62,483 nt of DNA, taken from the IMG/VR virus record IMGVR_UViG_3300032247_001517, positions 1-62,483 of that record; one strand, 5' to 3'. The position numbers and the translations under genes were made by a program. Every line of letters starts with the position of its first letter. The first letter of the stretch is position 1. This stretch comes from a virus (Duplodnaviria > Caudoviricetes). Shown piece after piece: positions 38,552 to 48,503 of this stretch. Below the pieces are notes generated by a model that had not been told where the DNA came from, did not search any database, and saw only the letters and a program-made list of their open reading frames with translations.

Positions 38552-39276
38552 CAGCGTTTTCCTATCAACATGTATCTCTCGTAGACACCACAATCTAGCA
38601 CGCCTTTGTAGTATACTCGGCTGCATCTAGCACGGGCGTTTAGCTCAAACATGCTGTTCATGCTGTTTACATGTCCAACGTGATCGTCATGATTACTGCA
38701 CTGCATGACCACAAACTTTCCCGCTGGGATCTTGCTGTACCAAGCATCAAAATCATCTAGGTGTTCACAGCTGGTGTTTATTATGGTATCAGCACTGTCG
38801 CAGATGAGCTCATCTTCGCCTTTGTATTTCTTGGTAGTCCACCAAAAATCATGATATTCTAACTGGTTAACATCCAGCGTGCTGGCTTTGAATCTCCAAC
38901 CCTCTGTGACATCTGGTCGATTCATGGTATCTGCTAGTTCTGCACAGCCTGGGTCTATGTCAAAACTGCGTAGGCTATCAAATCTAAGATCATTCTGTCT
39001 GCGCAGCATGAGATACGCTAGCGTGCCTATCCACCCACACATTATCCAAACTTTGCCTAGGTTTAGATCAAAACGACCCAGCTGATCTATCAACCACAGC
39101 TTGCTGTTGAGCTGACCGTTGCTGAATGCATCAATCCATGCTACGTGTTCTGAGTTTGGATGGTCTATCAATGCCATGTAGCGGTCTACGAATTGATCAG
39201 GGTCATCTACAATCGCAGAAGCTCGCTGTAGGTTATGCAGATGCTGCTTCAGCAGTGCAGATAATTCTGAATTCAT
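38551..39276 (-). CDS. Methyltransferase-like protein, paralog of the downstream gene's C-terminal domain
   Basis: DAFSNGQLNSKLWL, MCGWIG, RSFDIDP, INTSCEH, RYMLIGK. Confidence 0.75.
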   Translation of the reverse strand: MNSELSALLKQHLHNLQRASAIVDDPDQFVDRYMALIDHPNSEHVAWIDAFSNGQLNSKLWLIDQLGRFDLNLGKVWIMCGWIGTLAYLMLRRQNDLRFDSLRSFDIDPGCAELADTMNRPDVTEGWRFKASTLDVNQLEYHDFWWTTKKYKGEDELICDSADTIINTSCEHLDDFDAWYSKIPAGKFVVMQCSNHDDHVGHVNSMNSMFELNARARCSRVYYKGVLDCGVYERYMLIGKR

Positions 39277-40145
39277 CAAAGCATTGGTCCTTTCCTCGGA
39301 GGATGCATGTAGTTTGATTTGAACCAAATGCTGGATAGCTGGTCTAGCTCTGGTATGATCATATCAAAATCCTCGCGAAGCCTTCTTGCATATTGTAGCA
39401 GCATCTGATCAACGTTCACAAACTGCATCTTCTTCCACTGCTTGTCAAACCACGAATAATCGTTGATCACGCTGTTTTCTATCTCACCAGTGTATAGCTG
39501 ATGGAAACCTTGCCTAGCACCTAGCATCGCCCATGTGCCATGCGTGATATCGCGTCCTATGGTCATCCAAACGTTTAATTTGCTGCGGTTACCCTGGTAT
39601 ATCAATGATCGTTCCGCTATTGGATCTGACATGGGTTTACCATCTAGGTAGCTCATCTTGACACCCTCGCGGAAACCTGCGCGCCAAGCTTGGAATGGTG
39701 TCGCGTTGTTAACACTAACGCTGCCCAGGAAATCTATCTGATAGTAGCGCATGGTCCAACAGAAATCAGTGGTATCACCGTTTTCGTGAGTGTTAGAGTT
39801 TAGCAGCACCAGCCTGTCCCAGCACTTTATACCCCCGTTACCATATTCAAGTCCATTGATTGCATTCTTGCTCTTGAAGCTGAACACCACATCCTCATGG
39901 CCAGTGTCATCCAACAACTGATCAAACGCTTGGTCAGTTATCCAATTATCACCGTCAATGGTCATGAACCTAGACGTGCTGCTGGCTAAAGCACAGGCTT
40001 TATGTGCGCTATCAAATCCTTTGACGCGATGGATGCGTTTGGCATTGGGAATTATCTCCAACACTCTGGCCCAATTCTCTTCGCTGTTCGGTTCATCATA
40101 GCTGATATAGAACGTGTCTAGATCACGTGGCCAATATTCTGTCAT
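39276..40145 (-). CDS. GT-A-like glycosyltransferase paralog 4
   Basis: ISYDEPN, HRVKGFDSAH, IDGDN, NGLEYGNGG, AWRAGFREGVK. Confidence 0.7.
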   Translation of the reverse strand: MTEYWPRDLDTFYISYDEPNSEENWARVLEIIPNAKRIHRVKGFDSAHKACALASSTSRFMTIDGDNWITDQAFDQLLDDTGHEDVVFSFKSKNAINGLEYGNGGIKCWDRLVLLNSNTHENGDTTDFCWTMRYYQIDFLGSVSVNNATPFQAWRAGFREGVKMSYLDGKPMSDPIAERSLIYQGNRSKLNVWMTIGRDITHGTWAMLGARQGFHQLYTGEIENSVINDYSWFDKQWKKMQFVNVDQMLLQYARRLREDFDMIIPELDQLSSIWFKSNYMHPPRKGPML

Positions 40146-40831
40146 GCAGCTATGCTCCGCTCATATTCTTCTTGCAACCATCGCCAATCATTGATCTTCA
40201 TCAGTTCTGCAGTACCTCGATTGTCAGTACCGAACTTACTGCCAGCTTGTGCGCCTAGTAGACACCACTTACCGTGTTCTCGATCTTGCCCGCGAGTGCA
40301 CCAAGCTTCTAAACGTGCCTGTGTCTCTTTGTCTACTTGGCCGTCTATCACGCCACTGGCTAGCTTGGCACATTCCCTGAATGCACTGCGCCAAGTGTTA
40401 TATGGATCAGTGTTGAATGCAGTGATATTAGAGACCTGATGTACTATCTTGTATTTTCGATTGATGCTGCTGGTCATGTCTGGTTTGAAATCTCTGTCTA
40501 TGAGCTTGCGCACCTCTGCCGCAGGTAAAAGCTTGACAGCACCATAACCGTAAACCAGATCATTGATTGGATTGCGAGCTCTAAACACATGCACATGATC
40601 CAGTTCATGTTCATTGACCCTATAACTGAAATCAAAATCATCAAATATAACTGCATCACCGTCTATGCAATAGAAAAGATCAGTGGTGACCATGTTGCTG
40701 GCCACTATATGAGCTTTATGCAATCCCTTGACACCATGCAAGCGTTTGGCATTTGGATACCTAGACTTTAAACCCTGCCAATTTTGCTCAGCGTTTGGTT
40801 CTTCAAAACTGATGAAAACCATGTCATACAT
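40142..40831 (-). CDS. GT-A-like glycosyltransferase paralog 3
   Basis: ISFEEPN, HGVKGLHKAH, IDGDA, WRSAFRECAK. Confidence 0.7.
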   Translation of the reverse strand: MYDMVFISFEEPNAEQNWQGLKSRYPNAKRLHGVKGLHKAHIVASNMVTTDLFYCIDGDAVIFDDFDFSYRVNEHELDHVHVFRARNPINDLVYGYGAVKLLPAAEVRKLIDRDFKPDMTSSINRKYKIVHQVSNITAFNTDPYNTWRSAFRECAKLASGVIDGQVDKETQARLEAWCTRGQDREHGKWCLLGAQAGSKFGTDNRGTAELMKINDWRWLQEEYERSIAA

Positions 40832-42368
40832 TTGATGTGTTCCTTAATAGATCGGCGATATCAGATCTGTTTATCGTCCTGTCTTGCTGATCAACACGAT
40901 TATTGAATCTATCGTCCAGCCATTCAAAATCATTGATCAGTTTCAATCTTTTTTGATCTTTGGTGCTGACGTGTTCTAGATAGAAATCAAATCCGCTGAT
41001 AGCACCATGCATGCTGTCAACTGCAAATGGCACTGTCGTAGCTGTGGTCATCCAGATCAACAAACGTTCGAGGCTCTCTGACCAGTCGCCGTTTACTATG
41101 TTGCTGCACAGCTTCACAGCTTCTCTGAATCCGCTGCGCCATGACGATCTGGCATCGACATTATAATTTGTGATCGCAGCTATGTCAGGTACCATCTTGA
41201 TATTGCCAACCGTGGTAGTGAAATCTAACCAATTGCGATTGAACCGCCGAACCGCATCAGTAGGCCATAGTTTGATCGCACCCCATCCGTAACTGAGACC
41301 ATTTACTGGATTATAGCTGTGCCAGATGTGCAGGTAGTTCCTATCATAGTCAGGTGGATGATAATCAAAATTAAAGTTTGGATCAGCTACGGTATCAGCA
41401 TCTACTGTCCAGAACATGGCAGTAGAGCTTAGTTCAGCACAGCGTTTGTGTGCATTGTGTATGCCTTTAATGCCGTGCACTCTCTGTGCGCGAGCAAACC
41501 TATCCTTCAATAATGCAAAGTTTGTGTCAGCGTCTGGTTCGTTATACGATATGAAAAATATGTCACAGGGCACAGTTGATGACGGCAACTCATCCATTAC
41601 CTTGAGTGATGAAAAATACCCCTGTTGCGATTCATCGCCGTTGGGTTGATAATCACCGGGTACCAAATATATACCTGTTGCACCAGCTGATTGCACACCG
41701 GTGTCAGTTATGGTCTTCCATCCATGTGGATATTGCCTATCCCAGACATCAGGTCTCCAAGTGAGATCCATGGTCCGATGTGGATTTACTGTATCCATGA
41801 CCAGCCAATACATCTCACTGCTTGTTTGAGCCGCAGCCAGCAGGCATGCAGATACTGGGTCGGCGGTATTTTGTATCCATTTAGATCCCGGATATCTATC
41901 ACAGAATGCTTGATATTTCTCAGCACAGTCATCCCAGGAAACGAAGAACCTGTCAAACTGGCGCAGTGTAATAGGCTGGTGGTCAGCCACTTTCACACAG
42001 TCAAGCCAGCCAGTCTCTGCCTCTGCAGCAGACGGCACATGTTTGGTAGGTATCAGGAACACCCCAGCAAATTCATTTTTCTCGTAAGGTGAAGCAACCG
42101 AACCATCTGCATATCTATTCTGCCACACATGCGGATATTGCCTATCCCATTCCTCTGGCTTCCATTCAAAATCAAAAGCATCAACTAGCTCTACATCATC
42201 AGTCACTAACCAAAACATCAAGGTATAGCAAAGCAGTCTTGCTGCAGCACAAGCTGCAGCCAGTGTGGTTGTGTTGGTCAATCGCAGTGCATTAGGATGT
42301 TCAAGCTTGAACTCATCATAGGCTGCAGTGTTTCCAACACCTCGGCTGACAAATATTATATCATACAT
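40824..42368 (-). CDS. GT-A-like glycosyltransferase paralog 2 with two extra degenerate N-terminal domains
   Basis: Three repeats ending (W/Y)xPxx(W/Y)DRxYxHxW; last copy has ISYNEPD, VDADT, WRSGFREAVK. Confidence 0.7.
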   Translation of the reverse strand: MYDIIFVSRGVGNTAAYDEFKLEHPNALRLTNTTTLAAACAAARLLCYTLMFWLVTDDVELVDAFDFEWKPEEWDRQYPHVWQNRYADGSVASPYEKNEFAGVFLIPTKHVPSAAEAETGWLDCVKVADHQPITLRQFDRFFVSWDDCAEKYQAFCDRYPGSKWIQNTADPVSACLLAAAQTSSEMYWLVMDTVNPHRTMDLTWRPDVWDRQYPHGWKTITDTGVQSAGATGIYLVPGDYQPNGDESQQGYFSSLKVMDELPSSTVPCDIFFISYNEPDADTNFALLKDRFARAQRVHGIKGIHNAHKRCAELSSTAMFWTVDADTVADPNFNFDYHPPDYDRNYLHIWHSYNPVNGLSYGWGAIKLWPTDAVRRFNRNWLDFTTTVGNIKMVPDIAAITNYNVDARSSWRSGFREAVKLCSNIVNGDWSESLERLLIWMTTATTVPFAVDSMHGAISGFDFYLEHVSTKDQKRLKLINDFEWLDDRFNNRVDQQDRTINRSDIADLLRNTSNV

Positions 42369-43276
42369 CAGCTTGCCGATATGTGTCGTATCTGATCAAT
42401 GCTCACCAGAGGTCTCGGTGGATTGATATAAACTTTCTTGAAGAACCTGCTTTGATCAGCGTCGAGATCAGATATATCAATGTTCAATTGCTTTCTTAGC
42501 CTATCTCCCAGAAACTTAGAATGATCAGCTATGTCAACTGACTTTACCGACTGCCATTTTTCATTAAACCAATCGTAATCTCTGATCATGGTATGATCGT
42601 CGTTGGTTAGATTACATTCGTATGCACCAAGGCGAGCACCGTATATGCTCCAAATCCCGTTATCCACATCTGCACCAACGCTGGTCCATATCAACAACTT
42701 GTGCAGATTATAGATCCATATCCTACGAGCAAAATCAGCAGGCTTGACCTTGCGTCCAGATTCAAGGCTCATCTTGACACCTTCTCTGTATCCGCTGCGG
42801 AAAGCCTGATATTCGCTGCCATTTATCATGCTGGTGCTATAGGTTCCAAACACGTCGTGGTATTTGGCATTCCAACAGAAGTCTACCTTGCCTGCATCGC
42901 TGTCGCTGTTCTCATGGCTGTTCATGTTGCGCACGAACGCTTTGCTCCACAGCTTTAGACCACCGTTTCCGTATACCAATCCGTTAACATGATTTCTACC
43001 AGCCCAAGTCCAGGCATGATCGCGCTGAGTTTCATTGATGTTGATGGTCAGATCTAAGAAACTGGGATCTAATCTGTTATCACCGTCCACGGTCACGAAA
43101 TATTCAGTGTCAGCCATGTCTGCACAGGCACGGTGTGCTGCATCAAATCCCTTAACACCGTGCACACGTTTGGCCCACGGTATGAGATTTATTAGCTCTG
43201 AATACAATAATTCTGCGTTTGGTTCGTCAAAACTAAGGAACACAAAATCAAATTCTGACATGTTATGCTGCATCAT
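42368..43276 (-). CDS. GT-A-like glycosyltransferase paralog 1
   Basis: LSFDEPN, HGVKGFDAAH, VDGDN, NGLVYGNGG, FRSGYREGVK. Confidence 0.7.
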   Translation of the reverse strand: MMQHNMSEFDFVFLSFDEPNAELLYSELINLIPWAKRVHGVKGFDAAHRACADMADTEYFVTVDGDNRLDPSFLDLTININETQRDHAWTWAGRNHVNGLVYGNGGLKLWSKAFVRNMNSHENSDSDAGKVDFCWNAKYHDVFGTYSTSMINGSEYQAFRSGYREGVKMSLESGRKVKPADFARRIWIYNLHKLLIWTSVGADVDNGIWSIYGARLGAYECNLTNDDHTMIRDYDWFNEKWQSVKSVDIADHSKFLGDRLRKQLNIDISDLDADQSRFFKKVYINPPRPLVSIDQIRHISAS

Positions 43277-43814
43277 ACCTCACATATATGCTGTAATCAT
43301 CTGATAATCCAACTGTCACTGGTATGCTGTCAGTGGAGCCGGCTGTGACAGCATGAGGATATAATTCTATCCTCTTGATCAGATAATTGGGGTCATTCTT
43401 CATGGTTATATAGAACACGATGTTCTTGGCTCTTCCTATCACATCTACAACAAATCCATCTGCATTGCGTTGCCTGATGACGATTGGACTGGTTTGCGAT
43501 TCAGAAGGGATAAACTTGCCGTTGAATGCAGCTGTCTCGGGATCTATCAGCTGCCAGAATTTCTTGAAAGCTGGAGTTCTTTTCTTGTATATGATGCTAG
43601 GACGTCCTAGCTCATCATCGCCTATGTAGTATTCTATAAGCTTTGATCTACCTTCTAGGATATCTACGGCGGTGTTAAACTCCATGGGTATCTTGCGCAG
43701 CGCTGTGTCATCTTGGCGTTTGTCCGTGAACCCCACATGCCTGATCTCCAGCGTGGTGTCGTGGTACCATGCCCATGCCTGTTCAGTCTCTGGTTCGTTG
43801 CTCATAATATCCAA
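43263..43814 (-). CDS. Hypothetical protein
   Basis: ORF in operon; FYITMKNDPNYL. Confidence 0.7.
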   Translation of the reverse strand: MDIMSNEPETEQAWAWYHDTTLEIRHVGFTDKRQDDTALRKIPMEFNTAVDILEGRSKLIEYYIGDDELGRPSIIYKKRTPAFKKFWQLIDPETAAFNGKFIPSESQTSPIVIRQRNADGFVVDVIGRAKNIVFYITMKNDPNYLIKRIELYPHAVTAGSTDSIPVTVGLSDDYSIYVRYDAA

Positions 43815-44658
43815 GAATCTCGTCTGTTATGAATCCCTTTACATGATAATGCAGAGGGAAAAGCTGCAGGTAATTGCCTAGTTTGCACTCAAGATTTGGA
43901 TTAAAGAACACGCTCATGTGACCGGTCCAATCTTCTGAGATACCAGGACCCCAGCCTTGTATCTCGCTTTTCATGTGTGTAAACGTTGGCAATGATCTTA
44001 TGTTATACCATGTTTGATCAAGGTCCATTATCTTCAGCAATAGTGCAAAAACCACGTCGGTGCTCACTATCCTTGGCCTGTGCTCAGGCAATAGGTGTTC
44101 TTCAAAGAATTTCTCCCAGTTGAAAAACATGTATTTGGCCATGGCAAAAATATCAAACACCTCAGGAGTTTTCTTGAAGTACATGAAAGCTGTATAGACA
44201 TCTGGTAGATTGTTTTCAGTAAACGTCTTGCGATAGTAATCGGCAGAGACACCATCTGCACGATAGTTTAGCACACGATTGCATATCACGAAATCCTTGG
44301 AGGACATCTGATCCCACCAACTATCAATATCGTTGAAGAACAGCATATCACAGTCCAGCTTGATGGTTTCTTCATAGGGGCTCATGTGCAGAGCTTTCCA
44401 CTCGTTTTCAAGCTTCCAGCTGCTGTCCTTTGCATGGTCACCCCAAGGTATCTCGATTATGTTATCAAATGCCCATTTCCATTCATCGCGCACGGTCGTC
44501 CCAGGTGTTATGCCTATAGTTAGATACGGCACTGTCTTTTGGCTAGCACGTAGGCTCATGGCCAGTGCATATGCTAGACGCACATAATCTGTTTCGCCGT
44601 TATTTTGTGCGAAAGTGAAAAAACCACGCTGCCGCTTGTTGATATCATTGGACTGCAT
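43783..44658 (-). CDS. GT-A (GT8/mannosyltransferase-like) glycosyltransferase
   Basis: YVRLAYALAMSL, SPYEETIKLDCDML (DxD), STDVVF, HYHVK. Confidence 0.72.
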   Translation of the reverse strand: MQSNDINKRQRGFFTFAQNNGETDYVRLAYALAMSLRASQKTVPYLTIGITPGTTVRDEWKWAFDNIIEIPWGDHAKDSSWKLENEWKALHMSPYEETIKLDCDMLFFNDIDSWWDQMSSKDFVICNRVLNYRADGVSADYYRKTFTENNLPDVYTAFMYFKKTPEVFDIFAMAKYMFFNWEKFFEEHLLPEHRPRIVSTDVVFALLLKIMDLDQTWYNIRSLPTFTHMKSEIQGWGPGISEDWTGHMSVFFNPNLECKLGNYLQLFPLHYHVKGFITDEILGYYEQRTRD

Positions 44659-45559
44659 ATGATATGATCTCTTCCTTGTGGCGTAACACAGCTTGCTTGT
44701 TCATCATGTGAACGTTATCGGAAACATTATGCATCTGAAATACGCCTTGCACACTTTCGCTGGTTATCAAACAGCGTCCGGAATTGAAAGCATGCAGTTC
44801 ATCGTGCTCCATGCTAAAAAGTATATGATCTACAGGCAACGAAGCAACAGTGCCATATTCCATGAGATTGTTTGCCATGTGTATGGCTATGCTCAGGGCA
44901 TAATCGTTGCGGAAATACCCACTGTGGCTGAACTGATAGAGGTATTGATAATATTCATAGTTTTCTTTGATGAAATTCATGAGTTCAAATATCAATTTGC
45001 ACTTTTCAGTCTTCCTGAAATAGATAGCAGTGGCCCAATATAGTGGTATGCTCATGTCATTGAACCGATTATCAAAACCAAAATTATTCTGTTTATGATC
45101 CAGATCTTTGGTCTTGCGATTGCACATGAAATCTTCTATGTTATCCCAGACCAGATCCATGGTATTATCTAGCATGAGATAATCAGCATCCACTAATATC
45201 GTTTCTTCAAACGGACTCAGCTCGTATACATTAGGGCGATTGACATTGGTGTAGCTGTCAGTGAAAGAACTATACCTGGTGTCGTGGAACTTACGATTAC
45301 CAACCGCAGAGCGATCGACCTCATCAACTATGATCCTATCAAATGCAGCACGCATGATGATATCGCTATAGTTAACTTCTAGATGGCCTATGGTTCCAGA
45401 ATCGGCTATCAGTGCCACGTTGTTATGTTTGAGATGTTTCTTGATCAGCAATGCATTGCAAAGTGCTATGGACCCATAATCAATCTTTGAATTGTTATGG
45501 GCAAATATCACATATCCGCGAGCTAGCTTGAACCCAGTTGGGTAATTAATCATCAACAA
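44645..45559 (-). CDS. GT-A (GT8/mannosyltransferase-like) glycosyltransferase
   Basis: SPFEETILVDADYL (DxD), WATAIYF, RNDYALSIA, HMMNK. Confidence 0.72.
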   Translation of the reverse strand: MLMINYPTGFKLARGYVIFAHNNSKIDYGSIALCNALLIKKHLKHNNVALIADSGTIGHLEVNYSDIIMRAAFDRIIVDEVDRSAVGNRKFHDTRYSSFTDSYTNVNRPNVYELSPFEETILVDADYLMLDNTMDLVWDNIEDFMCNRKTKDLDHKQNNFGFDNRFNDMSIPLYWATAIYFRKTEKCKLIFELMNFIKENYEYYQYLYQFSHSGYFRNDYALSIAIHMANNLMEYGTVASLPVDHILFSMEHDELHAFNSGRCLITSESVQGVFQMHNVSDNVHMMNKQAVLRHKEEIISYAVQ

Positions 45560-45911
45560 ACTCGTAAATGCTTTTCACAGTCCTAGCATTTCGTAATTTT
45601 GCGTATTCTGTATGATATAGATTGGTAGCCTCAAAGTATTTGCCAAATATGTCATCAAAGAATCCAGAAATATCTATAATCTCGACAGGATTGCCATTCT
45701 CATCTATGAGAACAACCCTGGTCCTCTGCTGGTCTATCAACAGCTTGACGAACACTATCAGTTCTTGGGTTATCTTAAAGACCCCACCGTTGCAGGCATG
45801 GGTCAGCATGTTGTTGACTTTGATCTTGAGATCTTCTTTGCGATTGAACAGCGCTATCCGATAGTTAGAAAAATCAAGCGCTTTTTGCAACCTCTCATCC
45901 ATGGTATACAC
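45546..45911 (-). CDS. Hypothetical protein
   Basis: MDERLQKALDFSNY; GAGG RBS favours start 45902. Confidence 0.72.
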   Translation of the reverse strand: MYTMDERLQKALDFSNYRIALFNRKEDLKIKVNNMLTHACNGGVFKITQELIVFVKLLIDQQRTRVVLIDENGNPVEIIDISGFFDDIFGKYFEATNLYHTEYAKLRNARTVKSIYEFVDD

Positions 45912-45964
45912 CTCGTGAATATTACATCACAAGTTTGGCGCGATTAGAAGGTTATGTCAAGATA

Positions 45965-46915
45965 TCAGAGGCTGGTTACAGTGGTGTATGTTGGATTAGC
46001 TATGGTTAGCACACCACCAGCCTTGTATTGATCTATCTGGCTGGTTAGAGTACCTGTCACGTGCCCTGCATAATAATAATAATAGCCGCCTGCATCATTG
46101 AACGTGACGGTTGCACGTATTAGGCTACCATTGCCGCCATTGGCTCCGACATAATTCTCACGTCGTACCTGTATGCTGTAATAGATACCAGAATAATAAG
46201 GTCCTGTGCCGTAGTGTATGAAATTTTCTTGGTATGTGCCGGTCAGACCAAAATAACCAACGTTATTGGTTATGCTACCACCAGATCCAGTATAGGTAGT
46301 GGTGCTAGCACCCAGTTTCACCGTGCCAACCAGATTCAATAGATTGGTCCATGCTGTATTAATGGAAGTAGCGCTACCTCCAACTCTAGAGCCAGAGAAA
46401 CGTATCTGTCCACCGCTGTTAAAGTAATACCTAGCAGCATCTTCGCTGCCAAAGTTAACCGTAAACACATGCGTAAGAGTACCGTTCCATGGTGTTGTAC
46501 GGGTGCTGGTTAGGGCACTGCTCAGCGTCATCTGCGTGAGGCTAGCTAGATTACGATTGGTATCAAGCGTGCTGATATTTGTGGGTATGGTGCCTTGCTG
46601 TACTATCAGATCGCCAACAGCTACAGTAGGCTGTAAAGTCAATGCTGAGCCAGTATGAGTGTTGAGGGTTGTCATCGCATTGCGCAGATTATTCCATGCA
46701 TCGATGGTGATCAAATTTCCTACGACTACATCGCCTAACTGAGTGGATGTTTGACCATAACCTCGAGTGCCGTATCCGACACCTATTAAAGCTGCTACTT
46801 TGTTTTGGGCAGCTGCATCAGACACGTAGGCTACATTAACGGCCGTGTTACCCACGAAGCCGTTGTAGTCAGCTGCCTGTATTATGCCGCCAACTGCATA
46901 CGTCATTTCAGGCAC
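45965..46915 (-). CDS. Virion structural / short tail fibre-like protein
   Basis: Gly/Thr-rich, GYGQ and ARYYFNSGGQI motifs; follows tail genes. Confidence 0.65.
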   Translation of the reverse strand: MPEMTYAVGGIIQAADYNGFVGNTAVNVAYVSDAAAQNKVAALIGVGYGTRGYGQTSTQLGDVVVGNLITIDAWNNLRNAMTTLNTHTGSALTLQPTVAVGDLIVQQGTIPTNISTLDTNRNLASLTQMTLSSALTSTRTTPWNGTLTHVFTVNFGSEDAARYYFNSGGQIRFSGSRVGGSATSINTAWTNLLNLVGTVKLGASTTTYTGSGGSITNNVGYFGLTGTYQENFIHYGTGPYYSGIYYSIQVRRENYVGANGGNGSLIRATVTFNDAGGYYYYYAGHVTGTLTSQIDQYKAGGVLTIANPTYTTVTSL

Positions 46916-47876
46916 GTCCTATGACGATCTCGACCAAACCAACGTCAGGCGTTCGCTTGTCCGCCAATGCTCTCCCTATGATTGAATGCGGATCTTCTCC
47001 GCCGTCTGCTGCGCGGGCCACACCCGGTGTTGAACTGCTTACCAAACGATCGCCCTTGCCACAAGAACCTATGACCTTGCAGGGCGTCCTACCAAGTAAT
47101 GCCACATACGGATGTGTAGTGTCGTCGCCTGCTGCACTGTTCATCTGCAAAGCTGGTTTGTCCGATATCACACCAAATACATAAACGTCTGTATCAGCAG
47201 TGGTCTTGGTTATCTCAGCAGATCCACCTATGCGAACTACGTCGCCTATTTCCATTAGGGCATCTGCTGCATAGCGTTCCGCAACGTCTGCGTATAGGGC
47301 TTGAGTCGCAGTACCATTGAAGGTAGTAGCATAAACCGTGTTAAATGCCAAACCAGCTGCGCCAAGATTGTACACATTATTAGTGGTCGGAACATTGGTT
47401 TGGTTGTTATAGAATAGATTGGGCGCACCTGTTAGTGTACCAGTCATGGTCACGGTGCCAAAATGGGCACTAGTAGCGGTCACATTGCTGGTTGTTATAG
47501 TCAATGTATCCATTACATTAGAATACACTGCAGCGAACCTGTAGCTGCTGCTACCTAGGTCCCATGCACCGTTTGAATTTGGTACGTTATCTTGATTATC
47601 CTTGAACATCACAGCATAAGCGCTGCCCGTATAAAGCTTTAAGGTCTGTGCATTGGTATCATACCACAGCATGCCTTGCAATGGCGGTGTCGGAGCCGAG
47701 GTACCTGCAAAGTTCTGCATGGTCCATAGGATGTCTTGCAGCACAGGTGCTCCGTAATTTACATAACCCTTGCCTGGGAACGCAATTGGAGCAGCTGATG
47801 TGTTCAACGTGCCATCTGACACCGTAGTCAGCAAAGACCCATTAAATTGATATATGTTAGTTGACATGTCGTTCAC
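46908..47876 (-). CDS. Tail fibre-like protein with C-terminal chaperone/peptidase-G2-like domain
   Basis: GKGYVNYG..NFA..PLQGMLWYD N-module; YADVAERY...VALLGRTPCKV...IIGRAL. Confidence 0.72.
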   Translation of the reverse strand: MNDMSTNIYQFNGSLLTTVSDGTLNTSAAPIAFPGKGYVNYGAPVLQDILWTMQNFAGTSAPTPPLQGMLWYDTNAQTLKLYTGSAYAVMFKDNQDNVPNSNGAWDLGSSSYRFAAVYSNVMDTLTITTSNVTATSAHFGTVTMTGTLTGAPNLFYNNQTNVPTTNNVYNLGAAGLAFNTVYATTFNGTATQALYADVAERYAADALMEIGDVVRIGGSAEITKTTADTDVYVFGVISDKPALQMNSAAGDDTTHPYVALLGRTPCKVIGSCGKGDRLVSSSTPGVARAADGGEDPHSIIGRALADKRTPDVGLVEIVIGRA

Positions 47877-47907
47877 CTGCTATGATTGGTAGCATATTTA
47901 GCAACTC

Positions 47908-48498
47908 CTACACCGTCTGGATTCTGATCGTATAAACGACCTGTATCTGCCTATTGAGGCTCTTCTGCACAGGACTAAAGATCACGTGTGTTAGCAATCT
48001 ACCAGTGTTAGGTCCATTACTGCTAAAGGCCTTTAATCCCAATTCATTGAAAACATAGTTACCAGTAATGTTGGTAGCTGTATCAAATGCATCTTGACCT
48101 GCTGGTTCACCTAGGTCAAGAGTGCATGTGACTATGACATCAGTGAATGTGGTGCCATCTACGTGTGCTGTACTGATATAATTTTGTGCCGGATTTAGAT
48201 CTAGTGGGCTTTGATCATTAACAACTTTATAATAGGTTTGATTATAAAGCGTTGCGGTTTGACCTATGACATTAGGAGGAAGATAGGTTATGGTTCCTAT
48301 CTCACTTACGGTTGCCCCGCCATTACCGAAGCACATCTCCTGTATCCATCCCTGTGGACGATCAGCGATAGTCTGTGCTAAGCTAATGCTGAAATTCTCG
48401 TAATTTATAGCATTCTTCTTGTCAACCAGCACTTCACCGGTGATCAAATCCTTGATCAACACATGCCCTGTGATCCAATTTTTGCTCTGTTGTATCAT
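47908..48498 (-). CDS. Baseplate/tail structural protein
   Basis: FGNGG, LDLGEP, FNELGL, LLTHVIFSPVQKSLNR. Confidence 0.65.
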   Translation of the reverse strand: MIQQSKNWITGHVLIKDLITGEVLVDKKNAINYENFSISLAQTIADRPQGWIQEMCFGNGGATVSEIGTITYLPPNVIGQTATLYNQTYYKVVNDQSPLDLNPAQNYISTAHVDGTTFTDVIVTCTLDLGEPAGQDAFDTATNITGNYVFNELGLKAFSSNGPNTGRLLTHVIFSPVQKSLNRQIQVVYTIRIQTV

Positions 48499-48503
48499 GC
48501 TAG

